A stretch of DNA of 64,000 bases from an uncultured Clostridia bacterium (GCA_937894675.1 CALCQO010000045.1:103937-167936); one strand, 5' to 3'; positions 36,094-44,870 are shown, numbered from the stretch's first letter. Translations and numbers: made by a program. Notes: a model not told the origin generated them from the sequence alone.

Positions 36094-39000
36094 TTACTGG
36101 CGGAAAGTCTGCCGCTCCTCCCTGTGTACAGGTGTAATATTGCCCAGAACATCTACCTGGAACTTTTCTATGCTTTGCAGTGTTTTAATGCCAACACTTA
36201 GTTGATAGGCGCTATCATGAGTTATGCACTGTATTGTCGCTACCGATATATTCGATGAACTATAATAGTAATACTGTTGCTGATCTGCGATGCTATTTCT
36301 GGGTAATGTGCTATCATTCTGTCTAATTAACATTTTGATATCCCTTTTTGACCTAATCCGTATTAAATCATTTGGATATAAGGAAAAAATAAAGTCTTCG
36401 GGTTTCATCTCTTTCCAGTCGTTATAGTCTTTTGCCTGTACACAAGCCTTGTTCGGCAATTGCTCTTTGATGGTGTCCGATACATAGATTGGCACCAGAT
36501 AGTATCCATCCCCCGGCACATGGAACAAGTCTACCCGCACCATACTGCCGTTGGCGGCGGCTCCTTTTCCGCCATGTACCGGCACAGTCAGGGTGCTCTT
36601 CTCCACCAATTTCACTTTCTTTACCAGGGAAGGAGTACCGCCCTTGGGGGCAGGCTTGTAGACCGGCTGTTGGAAGGCTTTCTTCGCGTCTCCTCCATGG
36701 CGCATCAGCAGATCTTTTAAGTGGTTGTATAAAAGCAAATCATCCTGGGGGCGGTAGTAGTTTGCAATTTCACCATCTACCAACTTTAAATCGCTAAGGG
36801 GTACTTTCCTGATGGTTTCACCAGGCGACTGCTGGCCTTTGATGGTTTCCATATGCGCCTGGCCTGTTACCTTCCGGCGGGGCATGCGGGAGACAAACAG
36901 GGGCTGGGCCATGTCAATCAGCTGCGGATACGCGTCATAGCTGGGCAATTGACCACGTTTACGCAAGTCTGTCAAGCGTTCGCGGGGGTCAGGCCCCATG
37001 CGGAAGAGCACATCATTGCGGAAGTTCGGCCATGGATGGGGAAAAATCTCTCCCGTCTCCCGATGGGTGGAGTAGGTGCCATCCTCTGATTGGGTATACT
37101 CGTGATTTTCCTTCCAATCGTAAAAGCGGCTGATTTTTTGAATCATTCCATCGGTGGCACAGACGATGACCACAGCATCCAGAGCGTGGTGGGTATCGCC
37201 ATCTTCACGAACCTTGCTAAGCCCCCAGCGCTTGCGCAGATGGGATGTAATGCTGCCGCTGACAGCGGTAACACGCTTTTTACGCGGGGAGGGGGCAAAC
37301 AGCAAATGGTCATTCAGGTAATTGTACAGGAAGCGGGACATGTGCTTGGTATCCTGCAGGTTGCGTTCCTTAAAGCGCGCCTCATCCTCCTTGGTGATGG
37401 CTTTCTTTAACAGATTCAACTTTTTCCTGTAGGGATAATTGGCATTGTTGGTATGCACGATGAACTGTTCTTTTTGCTCCCCCCGCAAGTATTGAAGGGG
37501 AAGGCGGTTGCGCTTGTCCCGATTCTCTTTGGATAAAATCAGCGCTTTGTTGTTATAGCTGTCATCAAAGGAAATGCTGTAGGGAATGATATGGTCAATT
37601 TCCGCATACCCCTTTTCAAATATCCGGCGGATATCCAACGGCCGCAGCGAATAGGCGCACAGCCCCTGCTGCTGATGGTACAGCTTGAGTTTTACAATAT
37701 CCAACCCTGTAGGCTGGGCAACCCCAAACTCTTCCTTCAGCTGCTTTACAATGCCTTCATTGCGCGCCTCATTTTCCCGCATGGATTTATCCATCTCTTT
37801 GCGTTCGTTAAAATCTTTCGCCATTTCCCGGGCTAACTCAATATTCACATAAACGGGGCTTGTGCCCATCATGCGGATTATGGCATTGACAACCTTGATG
37901 GTCTGCGCCACAGCACGGCGGACAACGGGGCTGGTAATCTCCTGCATTTCAGGGGCAACGGCAGGCAATGTCATCTGCGGGGCTTTTTCGTGGGCGCGAT
38001 GGTCATACCCAGCATTTGCGCAGGCAACATCGTATGTATCACCCTGTTGAAGAAAGGGCAGCAGTTTACGGATAGCGGTTAGAGATAAGTGCCCAAACTT
38101 CGCAAAAGAAGTAACTTGCAACAGCGCCTGGGTTTCCTCCACCGAGCAGCCAACTTCCAGCAGCATGTCCCGAACGGTGTTTTCCTGTTTGTAGCAGGTA
38201 AGCACCTCCGCAATGGCATCAAGCTTTTCAACAGAAATAGAGCCGATGTAGTTCTTTTCAATCGTATCCAGCGCTTTGCGCAGGATATGATAACTGGTCA
38301 GCGGCTCAAACTTCAGCGTTTCCGGGTCTTTTCTGGCATCCTGCCGATACAGTACGCCGCTGAATGTATCCTCTGCTGATAAGGTTTCCTTCAATGCGCT
38401 CCGGACAGATTTGTAGGTAAAATCAGCCGTTTCATGGGCTTTATCTAGCACCTTTTTACGCTCTTCTTCCGTCAGCGCCCTGCTTTCACCCATGCGGTAA
38501 ATGCGCAAATGGTTGATTTTTTGCAGCAAGCGGAATAGTTCGAAACTATACGCTGCCTTTGGCGCGCGCTTCTCCCCCGTTTCAAAAACACAGGTGCCGC
38601 GCATGCGCTGTATCTGACTGCCGCCGTAAGGGCTGTTGCCGCCAGGGCCTTCATCAAAGGAGCGCTGGGACAACAGGATTTCCAGATACTTTTTTTCGAT
38701 TTCTTCCGACGCAAAAGGCTGCCCCATTCCCCGTTGGACAGAGAACAGCTGCCGTGCCTCATCCTGCACCATATCCCGGGAAATGGTAGACAGGTAGTTC
38801 TCTCCTTTATTGCGCTTATGCTGGGCATAGAACGGATCCCTGAGAAACATTTCCCCCGCTGTACGCCACCCGTTTTCCTGCATGCGCTGGCGGTTTGCCT
38901 CCACAGCGGACAGAAGCTTTCCATTCTCGTCCTTGGCATCCTTGCCAGCTTTGTCAGCCTTTCTGTTAGATTTAAAGCCCCTACGCTGCGCCAGGTGTAT

Positions 39001-39375
39001 CAACACCCGCGCAAATTGGGACGGGGTGAGGGGCATACTCAGCCCCTGCACGCGCAGGGCATAGACATCCTCCAAGTCCTTTGCGGTGTACAGGGCATCC
39101 AGCTGCTTGCCAGTAAGGATGCCGCCCGAGACAATCAATGCCCGAATCCGCTCCAGCCGATGGCTGTGCCGCCGCAGACGTCTGCGCATGCCTCTGGCCA
39201 ATCTGCGGGGCTCCGCAAGGGAAGCCCCTGTCTTAGGCGTTTCTGCGGCATCAAAGGTACGCACGCCCATGCGTACAATGCCGCATGGCTCTTCCATCTC
39301 GTTCAAGGCAATAATGGCCGAGCCGACAGATGATATACCAATATCCAGACCAATCGCATAGGGTATGTTATTCAT
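36094..39375 (-). CDS. cas9: Cas9, type II-C (1093 aa)
   Basis: RuvC-I YAIGLDIGISSVGSA, RuvC-II VNIELAREM, HNH EIDHIIPYSISFDDSYNNKALILSKENRDKRNRLP, RuvC-III THHALDAVVIV. No csn2 or cas4 is present in the locus. Confidence 0.95.
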   Translation of the reverse strand: MNNIPYAIGLDIGISSVGSAIIALNEMEEPCGIVRMGVRTFDAAETPKTGASLAEPRRLARGMRRRLRRHSHRLERIRALIVSGGILTGKQLDALYTAKDLEDVYALRVQGLSMPLTPSQFARVLIHLAQRRGFKSNRKADKAGKDAKDENGKLLSAVEANRQRMQENGWRTAGEMFLRDPFYAQHKRNKGENYLSTISRDMVQDEARQLFSVQRGMGQPFASEEIEKKYLEILLSQRSFDEGPGGNSPYGGSQIQRMRGTCVFETGEKRAPKAAYSFELFRLLQKINHLRIYRMGESRALTEEERKKVLDKAHETADFTYKSVRSALKETLSAEDTFSGVLYRQDARKDPETLKFEPLTSYHILRKALDTIEKNYIGSISVEKLDAIAEVLTCYKQENTVRDMLLEVGCSVEETQALLQVTSFAKFGHLSLTAIRKLLPFLQQGDTYDVACANAGYDHRAHEKAPQMTLPAVAPEMQEITSPVVRRAVAQTIKVVNAIIRMMGTSPVYVNIELAREMAKDFNERKEMDKSMRENEARNEGIVKQLKEEFGVAQPTGLDIVKLKLYHQQQGLCAYSLRPLDIRRIFEKGYAEIDHIIPYSISFDDSYNNKALILSKENRDKRNRLPLQYLRGEQKEQFIVHTNNANYPYRKKLNLLKKAITKEDEARFKERNLQDTKHMSRFLYNYLNDHLLFAPSPRKKRVTAVSGSITSHLRKRWGLSKVREDGDTHHALDAVVIVCATDGMIQKISRFYDWKENHEYTQSEDGTYSTHRETGEIFPHPWPNFRNDVLFRMGPDPRERLTDLRKRGQLPSYDAYPQLIDMAQPLFVSRMPRRKVTGQAHMETIKGQQSPGETIRKVPLSDLKLVDGEIANYYRPQDDLLLYNHLKDLLMRHGGDAKKAFQQPVYKPAPKGGTPSLVKKVKLVEKSTLTVPVHGGKGAAANGSMVRVDLFHVPGDGYYLVPIYVSDTIKEQLPNKACVQAKDYNDWKEMKPEDFIFSLYPNDLIRIRSKRDIKMLIRQNDSTLPRNSIADQQQYYYYSSSNISVATIQCITHDSAYQLSVGIKTLQSIEKFQVDVLGNITPVHREERQTFRQ

Positions 39376-39414
39376 TTTATCGCTCCCATCAAATATTCTC
39401 TTAGTACTTTATAT

Positions 39415-39442
39415 AGTATATAATATCACAAGCGGCTGTCAA
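39415..39442 (-). promoter_or_regulatory. Candidate cas9 promoter
   Basis: On the minus strand: TTGACA (39442-39437), 16-nt spacer, TATACT (39420-39415), about 40 nt upstream of the cas9 ATG. Confidence 0.5.
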
Positions 39443-39549
39443 TAGAGATGACCCCCTGCAAGCAGGGGGTCAGAGCTCTGCGGTGTACTACACTAAGGTG
39501 TAGCAACCTTATTGTAGCAACCTGATCGTTCTTGGTATGGTATAAGAAC
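39440..39549 (-). ncRNA. tracrRNA
   Basis: The minus strand reads ...UAUACCAUACCAAGAACGAUCAGGUUGCUACAAUAAGGUUGCUACACCUUAGUGUAGUACACCGCAGAGCUCUGACCCCCUGCUUGCAGGGGGUCAUC. The anti-repeat is complementary to the repeat at 29 of 32 positions. GUUGCUACAAUAAGG and GCUCUG(A)CCCC...GGGG.CAUC match the N. meningitidis tracrRNA scaffold as I recall it. The ends are approximate. Confidence 0.85.
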
Positions 39550-39555
39550 ATCATT

Positions 39556-39584
39556 ACTATAGCAGAGAGTCAGCAGGAATGCAA
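39556..39584 (-). promoter_or_regulatory. tracrRNA promoter
   Basis: On the minus strand: TTGCAT (39584-39579), 17-nt spacer, TGCTATAGT with its -10 hexamer at 39561-39556, about 7 nt before the anti-repeat region. Confidence 0.6.
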
Positions 39585-39625
39585 GATATTTCCAAAATTT
39601 GGCCAAATAATCCAGCCCCGCCGCG

Positions 39626-39655
39626 TTGACAATTCCACCGCCTTGGGGGTATACT
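39626..39655 (+). promoter_or_regulatory. thrS leader promoter
   Basis: TTGACA (39626-39631), 18-nt spacer, TATACT (39650-39655). Confidence 0.6.
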
Positions 39656-39659
39656 GATT

Positions 39660-39882
39660 CTATCCCGCTGATGATTGAGGACATGTCCCGTTGAAGGTTG
39701 CCGTGAAGAGAGGCGCGCCCTGGCTGCAAGCGCGTCCGGCGGACATAACGGGGTACCGCCTGAGGAGGCTGGGCGCAGAGCGAGCGATACAGCGCTTTTA
39801 AAGAGGTCTTTCCGTAAGGAAAGGCAACGAGGGTGGAACCGCGGATACACATCCGTCCCGACGAGGGACGGATGTTTTTGTT
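39660..39882 (+). promoter_or_regulatory. T-box riboswitch leader of thrS
   Basis: GA/K-turn-like GCUGAUGA near the 5' end, an AGAGAGG box, the T-box sequence CAACGAGGGTGGAACCGCGG (39825-39844), and terminator CATCCGTCCC-GACGA-GGGACGGATG plus TTTTTGTTT (39850-39883). Confidence 0.85.
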
Positions 39883-39903
39883 TGCAGGAAAGGATGGAAA
39901 ACA

Positions 39904-41829
39904 ATGATTATCACAGTGAACAACGAACAAAAGGAATTTGACAGGGGCACCAACGCCCTGGACATGCTGGGACAGTTGGGGGGCGACCTGAAGAAGAACG
40001 CCCTGGCGGTGAAGGTAAACGGCGAAGTGCAGGACCTGGCCCAGCCCATTGAGGGGGACGCCAAGGTGGACATCCTGACCTTCCAGGACGAGGAGGGGCG
40101 GGAGACCCTGCGCCACACGGCCAGCCATGTGCTGGCGGCGGCGGTGAAAAAGCTGTACCCCGAAACCAAGCTGGCCATCGGCCCCGCCATCGAGAATGGC
40201 TTCTACTACGATTTTGACCGGGACGAGTCCTTCACGCCGGAGGATCTGGTGAAAATCGAAAAAGAAATGAAGAGCATCATCAAAAAGAACGACCGGGAAG
40301 TGCGCTTCAGCCTGCCCAGGGATGAGGCCATCCAGCTGATGGACAAGCGCGGCGAAAGCTACAAGGTGGAATTGATCCAGGATTTGCCTGCGGATGAGGA
40401 AATCTCCTTCTATCAGCAGGGCGAGGATTTTGTGGATCTGTGCGCCGGGCCGCACCTGCCCTCCACGGGCAAAATCAAAGCCTTCAAGCTGACCAGCATC
40501 GCCGGCGCCTACTGGCGGGGCTCGGAAAAGAACAAGATGCTGCAGCGCATCTACGGCACGGCCTTTACCAACCGGGAGGACATGGACGAGTACCTAGCCC
40601 AGATTGAGGAAGCCAAAAAGCGCGACCACCGCAAACTGGGGCGGGAACTGGATTTGTTTGACGTGATGGACGAAGGCCCGGGCTTCCCCTTCTTCTTCCC
40701 CAACGGCATGGTGCTGCGCAATGTGCTGGAGGACTACTGGCGCCAGATTCACCGGGAGCATGGGTACGAGGAAATCAAGACGCCCATGATCCTGTCCCGG
40801 GATTTGTGGGAGCGCAGCGGTCACTGGGATCATTACCGGGAGAACATGTACACCACCAAGATTGATGAGCAGGATTTTGCCATCAAGCCCATGAACTGCC
40901 CCGGCGGCATGCTGGCCTACAAGCGCCGCATGTGGAGCTACCGCGACCTGCCCATGCGCATGGGCGAACTGGGTCTGGTGCACCGCCACGAAAAGAGCGG
41001 TACCCTCCACGGCCTGATGCGGGTGCGCTGTTTTACCCAGGATGACGCCCACCTGTTTATGACGCCTGAGCAAATCAAGGAAGAAATCATCGGCGTCTAC
41101 AAGCTAACGGACATGGTGTACAAGCTGTTTGGCTTTAGCTACAAGGTGGAACTGTCCACCCGGCCTGAAAACAGCATCGGCGAAGACGCCATGTGGGAGC
41201 TTGCCACCCAGGGCCTGCAGGGCGCCCTGGACGAACTGCAGGTGCCCTACCAGGTCAACGAGGGCGACGGCGCCTTCTACGGCCCCAAGATTGACTTCCA
41301 CCTGCGCGACAGCCTGGGCCGCACCTGGCAGTGCGGCACCATCCAGCTGGATATGAACCTGCCCGAGCGGTTCGACTTAAGCTACATCGGCCCTGACGGC
41401 GAAAAGCACCGGCCGGTGATGATCCACCGGGTGGTGTACGGCTCCATGGAGCGGTTCATGGCTATCCTGGTGGAGCACTTCGGCGGCGCCTTCCCCCTGT
41501 GGCTGGCCCCGGTGCAGGCCCGCATCATGACCATTACCGACCGCGCCGACGCTGCCGCTCAGAACCTGAAGGCCGCCATGGAAAAGGCCGGGCTGCGGGT
41601 GGAGACGGATCTGCGCAATGAAAAAATCGGCTTTAAGGTACGGGAAGCCCAGATGCACAAGATTCCCTATATGCTGGTGCTGGGCGACCGGGAGGCCGAG
41701 GAAGGCACCGTCAGCGTGCGCACCCGCGGCGGCGAGAACCTGGGCGCCATAGCCTGGGACAAACTGATCGCCAGCCTGCAGCAGGAAAGCGGCGCCCGGG
41801 CGCTGGAGCGCAACTGGGAAAACGCGTAA
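39904..41829 (+). CDS. thrS: Threonine--tRNA ligase
   Basis: 641 aa with a TGS domain, a second additional domain, a class II core (FRCGTIQLD-type motifs) and an anticodon-binding domain. Preceded by a T-box leader. Confidence 0.95.
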   Translation: MIITVNNEQKEFDRGTNALDMLGQLGGDLKKNALAVKVNGEVQDLAQPIEGDAKVDILTFQDEEGRETLRHTASHVLAAAVKKLYPETKLAIGPAIENGFYYDFDRDESFTPEDLVKIEKEMKSIIKKNDREVRFSLPRDEAIQLMDKRGESYKVELIQDLPADEEISFYQQGEDFVDLCAGPHLPSTGKIKAFKLTSIAGAYWRGSEKNKMLQRIYGTAFTNREDMDEYLAQIEEAKKRDHRKLGRELDLFDVMDEGPGFPFFFPNGMVLRNVLEDYWRQIHREHGYEEIKTPMILSRDLWERSGHWDHYRENMYTTKIDEQDFAIKPMNCPGGMLAYKRRMWSYRDLPMRMGELGLVHRHEKSGTLHGLMRVRCFTQDDAHLFMTPEQIKEEIIGVYKLTDMVYKLFGFSYKVELSTRPENSIGEDAMWELATQGLQGALDELQVPYQVNEGDGAFYGPKIDFHLRDSLGRTWQCGTIQLDMNLPERFDLSYIGPDGEKHRPVMIHRVVYGSMERFMAILVEHFGGAFPLWLAPVQARIMTITDRADAAAQNLKAAMEKAGLRVETDLRNEKIGFKVREAQMHKIPYMLVLGDREAEEGTVSVRTRGGENLGAIAWDKLIASLQQESGARALERNWENA

Positions 41830-41840
41830 TACAGAAACAT

Positions 41841-41876
41841 AAAAAGACGGGAACCGCGGCGGTTCCCGTCTTTTTT
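41841..41876. terminator. Bidirectional terminator
   Basis: AAAAAGACGGGAACCGC-GGC-GGTTCCCGTCTTTTTT. Confidence 0.85.
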
Positions 41877-41889
41877 ATGCTGATGTAAA

Positions 41890-43284
41890 TCAGCCGTTTC
41901 CGATGTAGTAGGGGTCAAACACCGTTTTCACCACTTCGCCGGTATCGGCGTAGAGCACCACGGTGCGGATGCCCTGCTGGGAAAGGGGGACTTCCTTTTG
42001 CATGTTGTCGCCGTACAGGTGGAAGGAGAACACCCAGGTGGGGCGGTCCTTCTCGTCTGAACTGGCATCCACCAGGTTGTACCAGACGAACATTCTGCCG
42101 TCCTTGAGCATATCGTCGGTCACGCCCAGCTCCTTCTTCAGCACCTCGTGGGCGATAACCAGCGCCTTTTCCTGGGTGAGGTCTGTTGCCCGGGGCAGCG
42201 CCGCCGGGTAGGCTTGGGCGCTGAAGCCCGCGTCCCGGAACAGTTGGTCATGCTGGGCAGCCTTGTCGATGGGCATGAACATGGTGTCCTGCTCGCCCTC
42301 GGGCATGCCGTCTACCAGGGCGTGGTACTTTTCCACAAACTCCGCCACCCAGGGCAGCATGTCCCTGGTGTAGGCGGGGGCCTGCCCCCAGGTTTGCCGG
42401 GTATAGGGGTCTTTCTTTTCGCCGCTCAGGCTCCAGGTAATGGAATGATAGCCGTCCGGATACATCTGCACCAGGTACTCCCCGAAAGGGTTCACCTCTT
42501 CGTAAGGGTCAGTGCTGACCAGGTGGCTGGTGACAGCGGCCGGCACCTTGGAATAATCCACCAGCCAGGCCACATTGGTTTCGTTTTTGCGTTTGCGCAC
42601 CTCCGGTTCAAAGAGGGCGAGGGATTCCTTGGTAAAGCCCTCCTCCAGCATGGCCTTCGCCAAGCGGTCGATCAGCTCTTGCTCCTGCGTGGTAAAGCCC
42701 TGCCCCTCCCGGGCGATGGGGCCTTCCTGGTTTTCCAATTCCTGCTTGGTATACGCCTGGATTTCAGCTTCCTTGGCCACGATGTGCCCGGACAGCGCCT
42801 CCTCCATCTGGCTGGCTGTCCAGTAAGGCCTCTCCAGCAGGGGCAGCTTCTCATAGAGTTTCAGGTCTTCGCCTTCATGCTGCCACACAATGGCCGCCTT
42901 GCCCTGCTTGTCCAGGGTGACGGTGTAGGTGCCGACGGCATCGGGATAAAACCCCGCGGAGTTGAAGACAACGGTGTAGCCGTCCCGCGTTTTTTCGGGC
43001 TGGCCATAGAAGATGGCGATCGCCTGATCGGAAAAGCCGTACTTTTCCTGCAGGGCCTGCCGGGCGGCTTTCTCCGCGTCGTACCGGGGGCTGAAGAGCA
43101 GCGTTACCGCCAGGGCGGTTACGGTAAGGAGTATCAGGGCAGCAGCCGCAACCATCACCAGGGAGCGCTTGCCCCGCGCCCTGCCCACCGGCTTCTGGGC
43201 GCGGCTGAGGACCTCCTGGGACTTGCTCCATTTGATATGGGACATTTCGTTGTCGATGCTGTCCCGGAAGTTTTTATTCGGCAT
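41890..43284 (-). CDS. Putative anti-sigma factor: cytoplasmic N-terminus, one TM, PepSY-like extracytoplasmic domains
   Basis: 11-nt overlap with the upstream ECF sigma gene. TM LVMVAAAALILLTVTALAVTLLF. The C-terminal segment EKALVIAHEVLKKELGV...WVFSF...YADTGEVVKTVFD is PepSY-like. Confidence 0.55.
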   Translation of the reverse strand: MPNKNFRDSIDNEMSHIKWSKSQEVLSRAQKPVGRARGKRSLVMVAAAALILLTVTALAVTLLFSPRYDAEKAARQALQEKYGFSDQAIAIFYGQPEKTRDGYTVVFNSAGFYPDAVGTYTVTLDKQGKAAIVWQHEGEDLKLYEKLPLLERPYWTASQMEEALSGHIVAKEAEIQAYTKQELENQEGPIAREGQGFTTQEQELIDRLAKAMLEEGFTKESLALFEPEVRKRKNETNVAWLVDYSKVPAAVTSHLVSTDPYEEVNPFGEYLVQMYPDGYHSITWSLSGEKKDPYTRQTWGQAPAYTRDMLPWVAEFVEKYHALVDGMPEGEQDTMFMPIDKAAQHDQLFRDAGFSAQAYPAALPRATDLTQEKALVIAHEVLKKELGVTDDMLKDGRMFVWYNLVDASSDEKDRPTWVFSFHLYGDNMQKEVPLSQQGIRTVVLYADTGEVVKTVFDPYYIGNG

Positions 43285-43786
43285 CGAAATACCATCCTTT
43301 CAGGGTTTCCCGCAGCCTGCCGCGGCCGCGGCTCAGGTGCGTTGTAACTGTGGACACGGGCAGGGAGAGCATGGTTGCGATGTCCTTCACAGGCAGACCC
43401 TGGTAGTAGCGCAGCAGCACCGCCAGACGGTACTTCTTGGGCAGCGCCATCACGGCGCGGGAGACGGTATCATCCCCCATCTGCTGCTCAAAGGGCTGGG
43501 GCACATCCTCCACGGGGTTGCGCAGATCCATCAAGCGCTGCCAGGGGGTGCGCCGGATATCCAGGCAGACATTGATGGCGATGCGGATCAGCCAGGTTTT
43601 CTCGCTGCTGTCGCCCCGGAAGCTGTCCATCCCCTTATAGGCTTTCAGGAAAGTTTCCTGCACGGCGTCCTCCGCCAGGTGCGCATCCTTCAGGTACAGG
43701 CAGCACATGCGCAGCAGGCTGTTGCCATGGGCTGTCATCATGCGCTCCAGTTCTTCCTCCTTGGTGGGAAGCAATTCCACTTGCAC
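43274..43786 (-). CDS. ECF-type sigma-70 family RNA polymerase sigma factor
   Basis: ORF trimmed to GTG 43786 (AAAGGAGGTGG upstream). Region 2 (AEDAVQETFLKAY) and region 4 HTH (LPVKDIATMLSLPVSTVTTHLSRGR). Confidence 0.8.
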   Translation of the reverse strand: MQVELLPTKEEELERMMTAHGNSLLRMCCLYLKDAHLAEDAVQETFLKAYKGMDSFRGDSSEKTWLIRIAINVCLDIRRTPWQRLMDLRNPVEDVPQPFEQQMGDDTVSRAVMALPKKYRLAVLLRYYQGLPVKDIATMLSLPVSTVTTHLSRGRGRLRETLKGWYFDAE

Positions 43787-43810
43787 GATTCCACCTCCTT
43801 TCACCTGTTG

Positions 43811-43836
43811 GACGGATGGTTTGTCTGTTTTGTCCC
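43811..43836 (-). promoter_or_regulatory. Candidate ECF-type autoregulated promoter
   Basis: On the minus strand: GGGAC, 16 nt, CCGTC. This resembles the ECF -35 GGAAC / -10 CGTC architecture, about 25 nt upstream of the GTG. Confidence 0.3.
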
Positions 43837-43843
43837 AGTTTGT

Positions 43844-43874
43844 AAAAACCGCCGCACAACGGCGGCGGCTTTTA
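43844..43874 (-). terminator. Terminator of the sugar ABC operon
   Basis: On the minus strand: AAAAGCCGCCGCC-GTTGT-GCGGCGGTTTTT. Confidence 0.75.
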
Positions 43875-43972
43875 CTCAAGATTCACAGCTATCGAATGAA
43901 ACAAGTTGCAAGGGAAAGGTACGGATTGATACGCGGCCGCGGTGTGCCGGTTGCAGGCTATTACACGTTTTT

Positions 43973-44860
43973 TTATCCCTTCACCGCGCCGACCATCATG
44001 CCCTTGACAAAGTATTTCTGCAGGAAGGGGTAGAGCAGAATGATGGGAAGGGTGGAGGTGATGATGACCGCGGATTTAACGGCGATGGCGATGGACGCCC
44101 TCTCCCCCACGCCGCCGGCTTCGCCCACCATGGTGGTGCCGTTGACGATGTTGCGCAGCAGCAGCATAACGGGGTAGAGCTCGGATTTGAGATAGATTAA
44201 CCCGTAGAACCAATCGTTCCAGAAGAACACGGCGGTATACAGGCCGATGGTGGCCAGCGCAGCCGTGGACAGGGGCAGCAGCACGCGGATGAGGATGCCA
44301 AAGTAGTTCAGGCCGTCGATGCGGGCCGCGTCCTCCAGTTCCTCGGGCAGGGATTTGAAGAAGTTAATCAGTAAAATCAAATTGAACTGGTTGATGGCAA
44401 AGGGCAGAATCATGGCGTATACGGTACCCGTGAGCCCCAGGGAAGAAATCAGCAGGTAGTTGGGGATGAGGCCGCCGGAGAAGAACATGGAGAACACCAC
44501 CAGCTTCATGACGAACTTCTGCCCCTTCAGGTGGGTTTTGCTCAGCGGATAGGCAAAGAGCACCATCATCGACAGAGCGATGGCCGTGCCCGCCGCGGTA
44601 TAGAAAATGGTGTTGCGGTACGCCCGGAAAAAGTTGGGGTAGGCGAATATTTGCTGGTAGCTCTCCACATTGAAGCCCACCGGAAACAGGGACACCCTGC
44701 CGTTGAGGATGGCCTCGGAGGAGGAAAAGGACATGGCGATGATGTACAGAAAGGGAAGCACGCAGGCCAGGAGCATCAGCACCATCACCGCGTAGATGAG
44801 GATATCCAGCAGCGGGCTGCGGGACTCCAGCACATGGTGTTTATGAACAGCTGTTTTCAT
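43973..44860 (-). CDS. Carbohydrate ABC transporter permease (LplC-like)
   Basis: 295 aa, polytopic, with EAA loop EDAARIDGLNYFGILIRVLLP. Confidence 0.8.
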   Translation of the reverse strand: MKTAVHKHHVLESRSPLLDILIYAVMVLMLLACVLPFLYIIAMSFSSSEAILNGRVSLFPVGFNVESYQQIFAYPNFFRAYRNTIFYTAAGTAIALSMMVLFAYPLSKTHLKGQKFVMKLVVFSMFFSGGLIPNYLLISSLGLTGTVYAMILPFAINQFNLILLINFFKSLPEELEDAARIDGLNYFGILIRVLLPLSTAALATIGLYTAVFFWNDWFYGLIYLKSELYPVMLLLRNIVNGTTMVGEAGGVGERASIAIAVKSAVIITSTLPIILLYPFLQKYFVKGMMVGAVKG

Positions 44861-44870
44861 CCGCGCCCCC

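Noticed and set aside
34866-39375. Type II-A or II-B assignment of the cas locus.
   Set aside because: There is no csn2 or cas4 gene between cas2 and the array or anywhere nearby. Cas9 is of the short (~1.1 kaa) class and the repeat is Nme-like, so the locus is type II-C.
39512-39545. Reading this repeat-like sequence as an orphan CRISPR repeat or a second mini-array.
   Set aside because: It is a single copy with no flanking spacer-repeat unit. Its complement continues into a scaffold closely matching the N. meningitidis tracrRNA, and it has its own promoter, so it is the anti-repeat.
39493-40455. A 320-aa minus-strand ORF spanning the tracrRNA, the T-box leader and the 5' part of thrS.
   Set aside because: It runs antisense through a recognisable T-box riboswitch and thrS and has no RBS. 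The region is fully explained by the ncRNA, the leader and thrS.
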